Virus record (IMG/VR): IMGVR_UViG_3300005573_000232
Coordinates: 1-29,282 of that record
Reading direction: 5' to 3' (one strand)
Length of the DNA stretch: 29,282 nt
Source of the DNA: a virus
Lineage: Duplodnaviria; Caudoviricetes
In this document: one piece after another, positions 8,393 through 17,505 of the stretch
Layout of the letters: the number at the start of each line of letters is the position of its first letter
Position numbering within the stretch: the stretch's first letter is position 1
Translations under genes and position numbers: made by a program
Notes under the pieces: generated by a model
What the model was told of the DNA's origin: nothing
Databases searched by the model: none
Seen by the model: the letters and a program-made list of their open reading frames with translations, nothing else

Positions 8393-9925
8393 TTATTTTT
8401 TGCCTCTATGTTCAATTGTTTCAATGATTCTTTTCATTTTTTTGATATGATCATTGTTTTCATATGCAGTTATTTCTTTTGCTTCATCAAGAATTTTCTT
8501 CGAAGATGGGGCAATTGAGGCAGATGCCTTATCTTGAAGAGTTTCTGTAATACTTTTCTTTTCGTATTTCATTTCGGAAAGAATTGATTTGTATTTTTTT
8601 TGTGATTCAGCAATACTATCTACGTTTTTAAATTCGTTGATAATTTTTATTTTATCATCCTGTGTTAATGCCAATTCTTCATTTACCAAAAGGTTATTTA
8701 CATGAGCCAAATTGGTGTTGAAAATTGCCATTTCTTTTAATTGAGTACGATATTTTTCAAGTGCCGTTTTATAATTTTCAATTAATGTAGTGGCAGACTT
8801 TTTAAATTCGATACTTTCATTAACTTTCTTAGTCAGTTTCTTATTTTCATCGATTAAATTCTTAATGAATTTTTCCGATTCTTTAATAGCTTCTGGTGAC
8901 TGGTCTTTTTCTCCTTGACTTAAATAGTCATATTTAGGTAAATTCCTACCAGGCATTGCCCTTCTCTTTGAATATCCAACACCATGTGCTTCATCTACTT
9001 CATCTTCATCACCCAATACGGCATTAATATCCTCTTCGGTGATTTCATAATCATCTTGAAGTTCATCAACAAGTTTTTTTGTTGGACCTTCCTTATGAAG
9101 AGCATCAATTTGGCTATCACTACCAAAAGTTTCTTTACCAGGATTATGCATTTCTTCAACGGATTTCATATTACCAATCATTTCATCAATTTGATTTCTC
9201 ATTTTAATTAATTCATTGAATGCAATACCCTTGCTATCTTTAGGTAAATAAGATGGTGATTCAGAATTTGCTACGTCAGTAAATCTTTCGTCAAGCTCAT
9301 CCATTTTTAAAATTTCATCTTCAATATCGTCCATTGTGATAACATCATCGTCATCATCAACAATAATATCATCATCATCACCCGCACTTTCGATAGCAGT
9401 ACCAACACTGGCAACATTTTGTCCTTTAAGATCAAGCGCTTCTTTTTGAAGAGACTTTTTAGTTTTTTCAGGTTCTTCTTCAAATGGTTTCCCATCTTTA
9501 ACTGTATTAACAATTTTTACAGTTTCTTCGACCTGCTTTTGTTCTTTGGGGGTTTCTTCAAAAGGATCGCTTTTACCTACAGTATTTGTAATTTTTACGT
9601 CTTCTTTAACATTAGTCACCTCTTTAGCTTTTTCATTAAAAGGTTGCCCTTCTTTTACGACTTTATTAGTCTCTTTTTTTTCTTGACTTTTCATATCAGT
9701 ATCTTTTTTAGTTTCAACATCGTCTTTCGACTCTTTTTTTTCGTCTATTTTTTTATAAGACTCTTTTGTTGATTTATTTTTATTTAATTCTTCTTTTAAT
9801 AAACTATTAAATTTTTCAGGAAACTCTTCTGCTAATTTTTTCTTAGCATTTATTTCAGCAGCTTCAACAATTTGTTTATAATCATTTAGAGCATCCTTTA
9901 ATATTGATTTTTTATCGTTTTCCAT
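8393..9925 (-). CDS. Prohead core scaffolding protein, T4 gp22-like
   Basis: Acidic, coiled-coil protein between protease and capsid genes, with many (L/I/V)xE sites; C-terminal LKEMAIFNTNLAHVNNLL..KIKIINEF is scaffold-like. Confidence 0.75.
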   Translation of the reverse strand: MENDKKSILKDALNDYKQIVEAAEINAKKKLAEEFPEKFNSLLKEELNKNKSTKESYKKIDEKKESKDDVETKKDTDMKSQEKKETNKVVKEGQPFNEKAKEVTNVKEDVKITNTVGKSDPFEETPKEQKQVEETVKIVNTVKDGKPFEEEPEKTKKSLQKEALDLKGQNVASVGTAIESAGDDDDIIVDDDDDVITMDDIEDEILKMDELDERFTDVANSESPSYLPKDSKGIAFNELIKMRNQIDEMIGNMKSVEEMHNPGKETFGSDSQIDALHKEGPTKKLVDELQDDYEITEEDINAVLGDEDEVDEAHGVGYSKRRAMPGRNLPKYDYLSQGEKDQSPEAIKESEKFIKNLIDENKKLTKKVNESIEFKKSATTLIENYKTALEKYRTQLKEMAIFNTNLAHVNNLLVNEELALTQDDKIKIINEFKNVDSIAESQKKYKSILSEMKYEKKSITETLQDKASASIAPSSKKILDEAKEITAYENNDHIKKMKRIIETIEHRGKK

Positions 9926-9958
9926 ATTTAATTATCTTATCTAATAACATAATTTTAA

Positions 9959-9967
9959 TATAAATAC
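9959..9967 (-). promoter_or_regulatory. Putative late promoter motif GTATTTATA (scaffold-capsid operon)
   Basis: + strand TATAAATAC, 33 nt upstream of the start at 9925; both flanking genes are on the minus strand. Confidence 0.7.
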
Positions 9968-10047
9968 ATGTTTGATATAAAAAATTCAATATTTTTATAA
10001 AATTCTTTAATTAAAGAAAATAATTATGTCACATTATTCATTGTATT

Positions 10048-10773
10048 TTACAGTAAAAATTTATCGATTGCATTAATTACTTTTATTTCATTTTCATTTA
10101 ATTGCGGAATTTCTTTATTTTTGATAATATTTTCATTAAAATTAAATCCGCTTTGTTCGGGAAATAAATAAGCACCAGGTATACTAGGAGTTGAAACTAA
10201 ATCAAAACCTATTAATTCAAAATCTGATTGAACAATATTTTCTCCATTAATTTCTTTTAACGAACCAACCCCACGGGAAGAAATTCCCAATCTAATCTTT
10301 TTTTGTAAATAAAGAACGATTTTATCTCCAATGACAGAAGCTACGCCATATTTTATGTATCCAGGAGAAACAATGAGTTCCAATTGACCAAATAAAACGT
10401 TTTGCTGATCACCTTTACCCCACCACATTTTTCTTATCATGTGTGAAATGTTATGAAGTGAAATTATTGATGAATCTGGATGATCTGCTTCAGAAACAGC
10501 AGAATTTGTTTCTACTAATTTTTGATATTTTTCTACTTCTGGTACCAATACTTCTTTGGGATAAATTCTACCATTTTTATTTTTAATGCCCCATTTTTGT
10601 AAAATACAGTTAATTAATATCGGTTCATTTTCTTTAAGTATAAATCCCTCCGTTATTAATGATGGATTTAAATCACTTGCAATATATCCCGCATCGTGTT
10701 CTATTAAAATACCAAAACCACTTTCACCTGGTTTTAATATTTTTGCTTCACTTAAATTGAATTTTTTATTCAT
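10048..10773 (-). CDS. gp21: Prohead protease, T4 gp21-like
   Basis: NKNGRIYPKEVL, catalytic His in EADHPD, Ser in LGISSRGVGS, FDLVSTPS.PGA. Confidence 0.93.
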   Translation of the reverse strand: MNKKFNLSEAKILKPGESGFGILIEHDAGYIASDLNPSLITEGFILKENEPILINCILQKWGIKNKNGRIYPKEVLVPEVEKYQKLVETNSAVSEADHPDSSIISLHNISHMIRKMWWGKGDQQNVLFGQLELIVSPGYIKYGVASVIGDKIVLYLQKKIRLGISSRGVGSLKEINGENIVQSDFELIGFDLVSTPSIPGAYLFPEQSGFNFNENIIKNKEIPQLNENEIKVINAIDKFLL

Positions 10774-10789
10774 TTTAAAATATATTTAA

Positions 10790-10798
10790 TATAAATAG
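10790..10798 (-). promoter_or_regulatory. Putative late promoter motif CTATTTATA (prohead protease)
   Basis: + strand TATAAATAG, 16 nt upstream of the start at 10773. Confidence 0.65.
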
Positions 10799-10812
10799 TA
10801 TCAATTATTTAT

Positions 10813-10974
10813 TTAAATTTTAATGTTGTGTGATTTTATTTTATTATAAAAATTTGTAACAGAAATATTTGTATTAATATTTTCAATAAACATTCGTGTT
10901 TCCATTTGTATTAACAACTCATCAATGCTTTTATTAATTTCTTTAAGTTTTTCTAATTTTTTATTTGTTGTCAT
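10813..10974 (-). CDS. Small hypothetical protein (53 aa; not in supplied ORF track)
   Basis: MTTNKKLEKLKEINKSIDELLIQMETRMFIENINTNISVTNFYNKIKSHNIKI*; starts 13 nt after the stop of 10988-11401 and fills the gap. Confidence 0.6.
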   Translation of the reverse strand: MTTNKKLEKLKEINKSIDELLIQMETRMFIENINTNISVTNFYNKIKSHNIKI

Positions 10975-10987
10975 AATATTTTAGATT

Positions 10988-11401
10988 TTATTTATTATTA
11001 TTTAATAAATTATAAATCTCATCCAGTTTTTTCATTATTTTCATTGAATCTGAATGATCTAATTTCTCTTTTAAATCTAAAATATTAGATACGCCATTTA
11101 ATACATGTAAAGTTTCTTTTTCAGATTCAATCCATTGACGAGTTCTTTCTTCTTCTCTTTTAACCATTTCTTGTCTTAATCTTTCAAGAGTTTCCGAATG
11201 TTCTTTTCTGATATTATCAACTCTTGCAAGATATTGTTGTTGTAATATTTTAATTTCATTGCTTTTTTCTTTAATGGATTTCATTAATTTGAATATAACA
11301 AATCCATATATTAATGTGAAGATTATAAAAAATGCTAAAAAAATATCTTGATATTGAATTATATAATTATAATAAATTAATAAAAAATTTGATAAAGTCA
11401 T
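10988..11401 (-). CDS. Single-pass membrane protein with coiled-coil tail (possible holin/BhlA-like or spanin-like)
   Basis: Hydrophobic IFLAFFIIFTLIYGFVIF followed by a charged coiled coil; function is inferred only. Confidence 0.55.
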   Translation of the reverse strand: MTLSNFLLIYYNYIIQYQDIFLAFFIIFTLIYGFVIFKLMKSIKEKSNEIKILQQQYLARVDNIRKEHSETLERLRQEMVKREEERTRQWIESEKETLHVLNGVSNILDLKEKLDHSDSMKIMKKLDEIYNLLNNNK

Positions 11402-11415
11402 ATAATAAATTTTAT

Positions 11416-11424
11416 AATAAATAC
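11416..11424 (-). promoter_or_regulatory. Putative late promoter motif GTATTTATT (membrane protein)
   Basis: + strand AATAAATAC, 14 nt upstream of the start at 11401. Confidence 0.55.
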
Positions 11425-11451
11425 AAGAAAATTTCGGTTTTTTAATAAAAA

Positions 11452-11460
11452 GTATTTATG
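11452..11460 (+). promoter_or_regulatory. Putative late promoter motif GTATTTATG (1724-aa gene)
   Basis: 15 nt upstream of ATG 11476; back-to-back with the 11416 copy. Confidence 0.6.
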
Positions 11461-11475
11461 ATTAAATAATAAAAC

Positions 11476-14400
11476 ATGGCAAGTAACGTAAATCTAATTG
11501 ACCCTAACGATATTAACACAAAAAATCTTGGTAATAATAATATAAATGCAATTCCGCAATATCAAGATATGTATATTTTTGTTGAGCTAAAAGCAAAAAG
11601 AAGGGGAAGATCGGTTATTATAACATCAAGTGAAGGAAATATTGGGCAAGGCTTTGTGAAGACAGGATTAGAAGAACCAAAAGAAATTAATTTATTAGGT
11701 ATTGATCAAAATAATGATCCTAAAAATCCTAATTATTTAAAATTTACTACAAATTATTATGATGGAAGTACTGGCACATATACACAATACGAAAGTTTTG
11801 GAATAACTAACATTAAAATTACAGTAAACTCATCTTATGTTCCAACAGTAAATATTCAATTTGTTGATGTTAGAGGATTATCTTTTTTCAATCAGGAAAA
11901 TTCACCATATAGAATATTATTTGATTTTCCTCCTCCTATATTTGAATTATCAATTAAAGGATATTATGGTAAAGCATTAAAATATTTATTGCATTTAGTT
12001 AAATATACAACAGAATTTAATTCACAAAATGGAAATTTTGTGATTGACGCTAATTTTGTTGCCCTGACATTTGCACCATTATCTGATGTATTGTTTAGAT
12101 ATATTGTTAATGGTGCTTTAATGAACTATCCCCAAACTGAAATATCTCCTTCAACTAGTAATAAGCCAACCAATACATTTATGTTAATTACACAATTAAA
12201 AAATTTGTATACATCTGTTACCGAAAAAGTTAAAAGTGATGCAGAAAGTAGAGAATATGACAGAACCAAATTTTTAATAACGAAAATTGGTGAAATTATT
12301 GATTTGCTAAATGGTTATAGAGAAAATCCAGATATTTTTCAATACGGAACTTCATATTTAATAACAAAAACAAAAAATACTGATAAGGAAGAAAATTATT
12401 CTATATCTCAAACATTATTATCTGATTATGATCAGAAAATAAAATTACTTTCAACTAACGGTATACCGGAAAAATTAGATGATAGATTATATATAGTTTT
12501 ACCTGTTCAATATAATACCGAAAGTTTAATGCCATCAGCATCAGCAAATACTATAACGAATCAGCAATTTATTGAATTAGTAAAAGGCGCATTTCTAAAA
12601 TATAAAGATAAAATTGTAAATACATCTTTTGGTGTTTTAAATTTAAAAAAAGAAGAAATTAAATTAAAAATATCTGAAATTGATTTTAATAATTATTTTA
12701 ATTTAACAAAGGGAATTGTTTTAGATAAAACCACAAGATATGTTGGTTTAGATATAACTGATTTATATCTTTCACTATACAAAGAAAAATTTAATTTAGA
12801 AACAAATTTGACTGAATTATCAACGAAAATTTCCACCAAAATCAATAATATGGTGAATGAAAAATTAGGGATGGAACCATCAATATATAATATATTTAAA
12901 ATTATTTTAGATGATGTTGACAATTTCTTTGAAAAACTAAAAAAGGTATCAAAAGAAGCAGAAGAAAATCATCATAATGACGAAGCAATAAAAAAAATAA
13001 TATTAGGCAGTGGATATAAAGATATTACAGATAAAATATATGCATTTCCATTGGTGGTTGATACAGAAAAAATTGTTTGTGGCGGAAATAAAGAAGAAAG
13101 GATTGCACCAATTAATTTAAGCAAAAAATTAACAAAATTGGGTTCCAAACCATTTCCCGAAATTGAATTTGTTAATAATTTTATTGAAACATTTTTTACT
13201 CAAGCAAGATTAAATTATCTTGCAAATATGAGAGAAAATCAAAATAGTGACGGTTCTAATGAATGGATTCCTATTTCACCCATAGATTCAAAACTTGGTA
13301 ATTTAAATGCTAAAAGTCCTTATTACAATATAGATAATCCAAATATTGTCAATACTTCTGAAAAGAATAAAATATCGCAGATATTGGATATTATGTTAAA
13401 TAGATTTTATGTGCTATCGCAATTTGCTATACCAGATAATTTTTATCCTTCTGCAAGTAATAATAAAGTATTGTCAGAATATATTAAAATGTATGCAACA
13501 TCTGAAGCCATTAATTTAGCAACATCAATTATAAATTCAACATATACTGATAGTGTTAATTTATTTGCAAATAAATACAAGGACAATATTAATGATTTCT
13601 ATGTGGAACTTGAAAAACAAATTCCAGAAACATATAGTTTTAAAGATAACACTAAAATTTATATTGAAAATGTTGCAAGTGAAGAACCAATATACGTAGA
13701 TAAAACAGATCCGAATTATAAAGGACTTGAATTATATTTCAATAGATTAGATAAACAAACGATAAATCAAAATTCTGAAAGACCGATTGATAAATTTAAA
13801 AGAAGTGTTAGAAGAAGTGGATTTTCTGAATTTTTTAAAGGAACAAATAAAGAAGTTTATTATCAATTTACTAATGAAAATGTTTTGCTTATTTCGGATA
13901 AAAAAATAGACAAACAAGGAAATGAATCAACTGATAACATTTTTGATGATGATAATAATAATTTAATTACAAGATATTTGATTGATGTAAATGATTATTT
14001 CAATACAACGCAATATAAATATTCAATATATAAACCACAATTTTTACTTAATTCTGGTAACACTGTTTTTGCATCAGGATCCGTTAAATCGGTAAAAGCA
14101 AGTTTAAATAGTTTTCAAAATATTGTTGATGTTTGGAGCAAAACATTGTCTAATAATATACGTTACGATACTTTTAGTGGTGATTTTGATGATATAATTT
14201 ATCCAGATATTATTAATAATCATTCAAAATTAAGTGCATTATTTATTCTTTCTAATTTTGGAAGTGCTATTGGTGCTTTTAATAAATATCCGAATAACTA
14301 CAATGATTTGATATTTGGTGTTCCTGCCGCAATTGAAATACCAAGATTTTTGTGTTTATACATTGGTGCATTAGTAAATGCATATGAAGAATACTGGATT

Positions 14401-16650
14401 AAAGATGTTATTGATTATTTCACAGGAGGAAGTGGACAATATATTTATGATAGATCTTTGTTTATTTTTGCAGACTATTTTGATGTAAATGAGTATTTGT
14501 CATATAATGATAAACAATTATTTAAAAACGAGTTTCTTGATTTTTATCAGGGAATTGGAGGTGAATATTCATCAATTCTTTCGTATATTAAACAATTATA
14601 TGATGATGTTAAAAACGATACGGAAAATAAAAAAGAAAAAGCGTATAAAAAAAGATTAGATCCCAAAGATAATAGTAATATTGCTAATTATTATAATTTA
14701 ATATTAAAACCACTGATAGAAAGATCGTATGTTATTAATTTTAGTCAATATACATTTAAAATGGAAAGGGAATATCCATCGGCATATCAATCCTTAAAAA
14801 CAATCAATACGAATGCAAATAAAAAGAAAATAAATGATAGTTATTTTTCAAAATTTCTGTCTGAATTATATTCACAAATTCAAACTAAAAAAAGAGATGC
14901 AGAAAAAAAAGAAGTTGAAGAAGATAAAAAGAAAAATGATATTGATATAATAACACAAACATATTATTCATTTAAAAATATTAATGATAAATGGTTAACA
15001 AATCCAACTGACCAAAATATTTATGGATATCCTTTCAATAGAAAAGGTAAACGTTTAATTGATTCGTTTATATTTGTTGATAGAGCAATGAATCCAATCG
15101 GTAATGACACAATGATTAATGCCGAAATGTTAATTGATTTACTTGATGACCCTAATACTAGTATTTTTAGTGTTTTATCAAGTCTGTTATCCGCAAATGG
15201 GTTTGAATTTTTCCCTCTTCAAAACTTTATGGTTGGAGAAACTGAATGGGAAGAATGCTTTAAAATTGATACGAGTGGTGAAATTGAAAATACACCAGCA
15301 TTTGTTTGTATGTATATAGGTGGAACATCAAGTTATCCAACCACAGTTCAAAATGGATTTACTAATGATGGTATTGAAGATTTGAGTTTAACAGATGCTT
15401 CAGATTTTTCTACTCAAAATTGTACAACAAATTCTGATGGAAATAATCAAATAACTGAAATTAGTGTAGTAAAAGATAATTTTCCATATCATAGAGTAAA
15501 TGCTTTTAGAGTTAGATTTGGAGAACAAAATCAATCAATGTTTAGTGAAATAAAAATTGATAGTAAAGAATATCCGGAAACAAATGAATCAATACAAATT
15601 CTTTCGAGATTAGCTGGTGATAATAAAGAACATGCAATCCCCAAAGGGCAGAATTTATATAATTTATATGAAAATAGGGCATATAAAGCAACTGTTACTG
15701 GATTGGGAAATCTAATGATTCAACCAACACAATATTTTCAATTAGAAAATATACCTCTTTTTAATGGAGCATATATTATATTGTCAGTTGAACATAATCT
15801 TACAGAAAATAAATTAATAACATCATTTTCAGGTACAAAAATTTTAAAATATCCAGTGCCAAGGGTTACAAGTCCATTGGCATTTATGGGTTTTGATGGA
15901 GGAGAATCATATATGACAAACATTAAAGAAATGTCCGCAGGACAATTAGTTGCAGAAGCAGTTACAATATCTAATGCAAGATTAGAACAATTAAATTCTG
16001 TTTTTGGTGTTGATGTTTCACATCATCAAGATAAAATTAATTGGGATGCTTTGGCAAATCCTACATATGAAGACGATCCTAAACCAAAATTTGCTTTTAT
16101 TAAAGTAACTCAAGGTAATTCTTATATTGATAAGATGGCAAAAACTAATGCAATTTCTGCCCAAAATGCAGGATTGAAAATAGGATATTATCATTACGCA
16201 GAACAATATACTGGAAATGATGTTGTCAATGATGCTAAAGGTCAAGCACAACATTTTTTAAAAGTTGTTTCTACATTACCAAAACCCAATTTTCCACTTG
16301 TTTTAGATTTTGAAAATGATGAAGTCAATAATAAATTTTGGAGTAAAAATAAAGCTAATAATGATTTATGGATTAACACATTTATTAGCGAATTAAAATC
16401 TAATGGTCATGATGTTATTCTGTATGGAGGTAAATATACTTTTGAAGATTATACAAGTAGTAAATTTGAAAATATACCATTATGGCATGCGCAATATTTA
16501 CAAAAACCTGAAATAAATGATCCAAAAATTGCAAGAGGATGGAATGATTGGGCAATATGGCAATTTAGTTCTAATGGAAGATTAAATGGTCATGGATGTA
16601 GATTTGATATTAATGCAATGAGAAAATATTTTTATGAAAAATATGCATAA
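11476..16650 (+). CDS. Large virion protein (probable baseplate hub/tail-associated) with C-terminal GH25 muramidase
   Basis: From about 16002: FGVDVSHHQ..FAFIKVTQG..GYYHYA..QAQHF..VLDFE..LWHAQY..WAIWQFS..DIN (GH25 with DxE). YKATVTGLGNLMIQPTQYFQLENIPLFNGAYIILSVEHNL resembles hub-type beta domains (inference). Confidence 0.75.
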   Translation: MASNVNLIDPNDINTKNLGNNNINAIPQYQDMYIFVELKAKRRGRSVIITSSEGNIGQGFVKTGLEEPKEINLLGIDQNNDPKNPNYLKFTTNYYDGSTGTYTQYESFGITNIKITVNSSYVPTVNIQFVDVRGLSFFNQENSPYRILFDFPPPIFELSIKGYYGKALKYLLHLVKYTTEFNSQNGNFVIDANFVALTFAPLSDVLFRYIVNGALMNYPQTEISPSTSNKPTNTFMLITQLKNLYTSVTEKVKSDAESREYDRTKFLITKIGEIIDLLNGYRENPDIFQYGTSYLITKTKNTDKEENYSISQTLLSDYDQKIKLLSTNGIPEKLDDRLYIVLPVQYNTESLMPSASANTITNQQFIELVKGAFLKYKDKIVNTSFGVLNLKKEEIKLKISEIDFNNYFNLTKGIVLDKTTRYVGLDITDLYLSLYKEKFNLETNLTELSTKISTKINNMVNEKLGMEPSIYNIFKIILDDVDNFFEKLKKVSKEAEENHHNDEAIKKIILGSGYKDITDKIYAFPLVVDTEKIVCGGNKEERIAPINLSKKLTKLGSKPFPEIEFVNNFIETFFTQARLNYLANMRENQNSDGSNEWIPISPIDSKLGNLNAKSPYYNIDNPNIVNTSEKNKISQILDIMLNRFYVLSQFAIPDNFYPSASNNKVLSEYIKMYATSEAINLATSIINSTYTDSVNLFANKYKDNINDFYVELEKQIPETYSFKDNTKIYIENVASEEPIYVDKTDPNYKGLELYFNRLDKQTINQNSERPIDKFKRSVRRSGFSEFFKGTNKEVYYQFTNENVLLISDKKIDKQGNESTDNIFDDDNNNLITRYLIDVNDYFNTTQYKYSIYKPQFLLNSGNTVFASGSVKSVKASLNSFQNIVDVWSKTLSNNIRYDTFSGDFDDIIYPDIINNHSKLSALFILSNFGSAIGAFNKYPNNYNDLIFGVPAAIEIPRFLCLYIGALVNAYEEYWIKDVIDYFTGGSGQYIYDRSLFIFADYFDVNEYLSYNDKQLFKNEFLDFYQGIGGEYSSILSYIKQLYDDVKNDTENKKEKAYKKRLDPKDNSNIANYYNLILKPLIERSYVINFSQYTFKMEREYPSAYQSLKTINTNANKKKINDSYFSKFLSELYSQIQTKKRDAEKKEVEEDKKKNDIDIITQTYYSFKNINDKWLTNPTDQNIYGYPFNRKGKRLIDSFIFVDRAMNPIGNDTMINAEMLIDLLDDPNTSIFSVLSSLLSANGFEFFPLQNFMVGETEWEECFKIDTSGEIENTPAFVCMYIGGTSSYPTTVQNGFTNDGIEDLSLTDASDFSTQNCTTNSDGNNQITEISVVKDNFPYHRVNAFRVRFGEQNQSMFSEIKIDSKEYPETNESIQILSRLAGDNKEHAIPKGQNLYNLYENRAYKATVTGLGNLMIQPTQYFQLENIPLFNGAYIILSVEHNLTENKLITSFSGTKILKYPVPRVTSPLAFMGFDGGESYMTNIKEMSAGQLVAEAVTISNARLEQLNSVFGVDVSHHQDKINWDALANPTYEDDPKPKFAFIKVTQGNSYIDKMAKTNAISAQNAGLKIGYYHYAEQYTGNDVVNDAKGQAQHFLKVVSTLPKPNFPLVLDFENDEVNNKFWSKNKANNDLWINTFISELKSNGHDVILYGGKYTFEDYTSSKFENIPLWHAQYLQKPEINDPKIARGWNDWAIWQFSSNGRLNGHGCRFDINAMRKYFYEKYA

Positions 16651-16658
16651 AATTAATT

Positions 16659-17438
16659 TTACAGCAATTCTTTTTTCAAGGTATATAAACTAATAATATC
16701 ATCATCAACTTTTTGTGGATTAAAAGCCATTGTTTTTATTTTTTCAATTGCTTTTGCAATGTTTTCTTTGGACATTTCTTTATATAAACCCTCTAATATT
16801 AGAAGTGTTTCATTTTTAAATGTCTCAAGTAATTTTTCTTTATCCTTTTCATCAGCAGTTGATAATCTTTGAATTAAAATTCTATCATTTTCATTTAAAG
16901 TTTCATATTTTTTATTGAATTTATTAATTGCAATTTCAATAATATCTTCATTAATCATATCAATATCTAAATTTTCATTTATTTTTTTTGAAGGTGTTTT
17001 GATATGATTTAAAACAATAACAAAAGATTCATGGATTGCATCAACATCAACATCATTATAGTCTTTTAATGATTCCTCAATTAAAGTATCAATTGCATTA
17101 TATAGTTCTACTTTTTTATTATTTAATGGGATTTTATTTTCATCAATAAAAGGTAATAATTTTTCTCTTTCTTTATCTATTTCTTCGATAGTATATATAT
17201 CAAATAATTTAATGTTATTGTCAATGTAACGAGTTGCAATTACTTCATCATCAATATGCTTATTATCTAAATTATTGAAAACATTAAATTCCAATTGTAA
17301 TAAAGGGGAATTTTTTACAACATTAAAAAAATCAGAAATAATTTCTTTTGATTCTTCTATTAATGTGTTGGTAAAATAAGAATCTTTTAATTTGTTAGAT
17401 AACATTAAATTGACAATACCAATATTTAAATTTTTCAT
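16659..17438 (-). CDS. Hypothetical helical protein downstream of portal (candidate prohead core component)
   Basis: 259-aa acidic helical ORF at a position analogous to T4 gp67/gp68; contains LIE and INE sites; late motif upstream. Confidence 0.6.
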   Translation of the reverse strand: MKNLNIGIVNLMLSNKLKDSYFTNTLIEESKEIISDFFNVVKNSPLLQLEFNVFNNLDNKHIDDEVIATRYIDNNIKLFDIYTIEEIDKEREKLLPFIDENKIPLNNKKVELYNAIDTLIEESLKDYNDVDVDAIHESFVIVLNHIKTPSKKINENLDIDMINEDIIEIAINKFNKKYETLNENDRILIQRLSTADEKDKEKLLETFKNETLLILEGLYKEMSKENIAKAIEKIKTMAFNPQKVDDDIISLYTLKKELL

Positions 17439-17457
17439 ATCGATTACTTTAATTTAA

Positions 17458-17466
17458 TATAAATAG
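17458..17466 (-). promoter_or_regulatory. Putative late promoter motif CTATTTATA
   Basis: + strand TATAAATAG, 19 nt upstream of the start at 17438. Confidence 0.62.
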
Positions 17467-17505
17467 TATAAATATTTATAAACGTTTATCTACACATTCA
17501 ATAAT

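Noticed and set aside
17467-17489. Overlapping AT-only palindromes TATAAATATTTATA and ATAAACGTTTAT
   Set aside because: Expected by chance at this AT content; weak stems.
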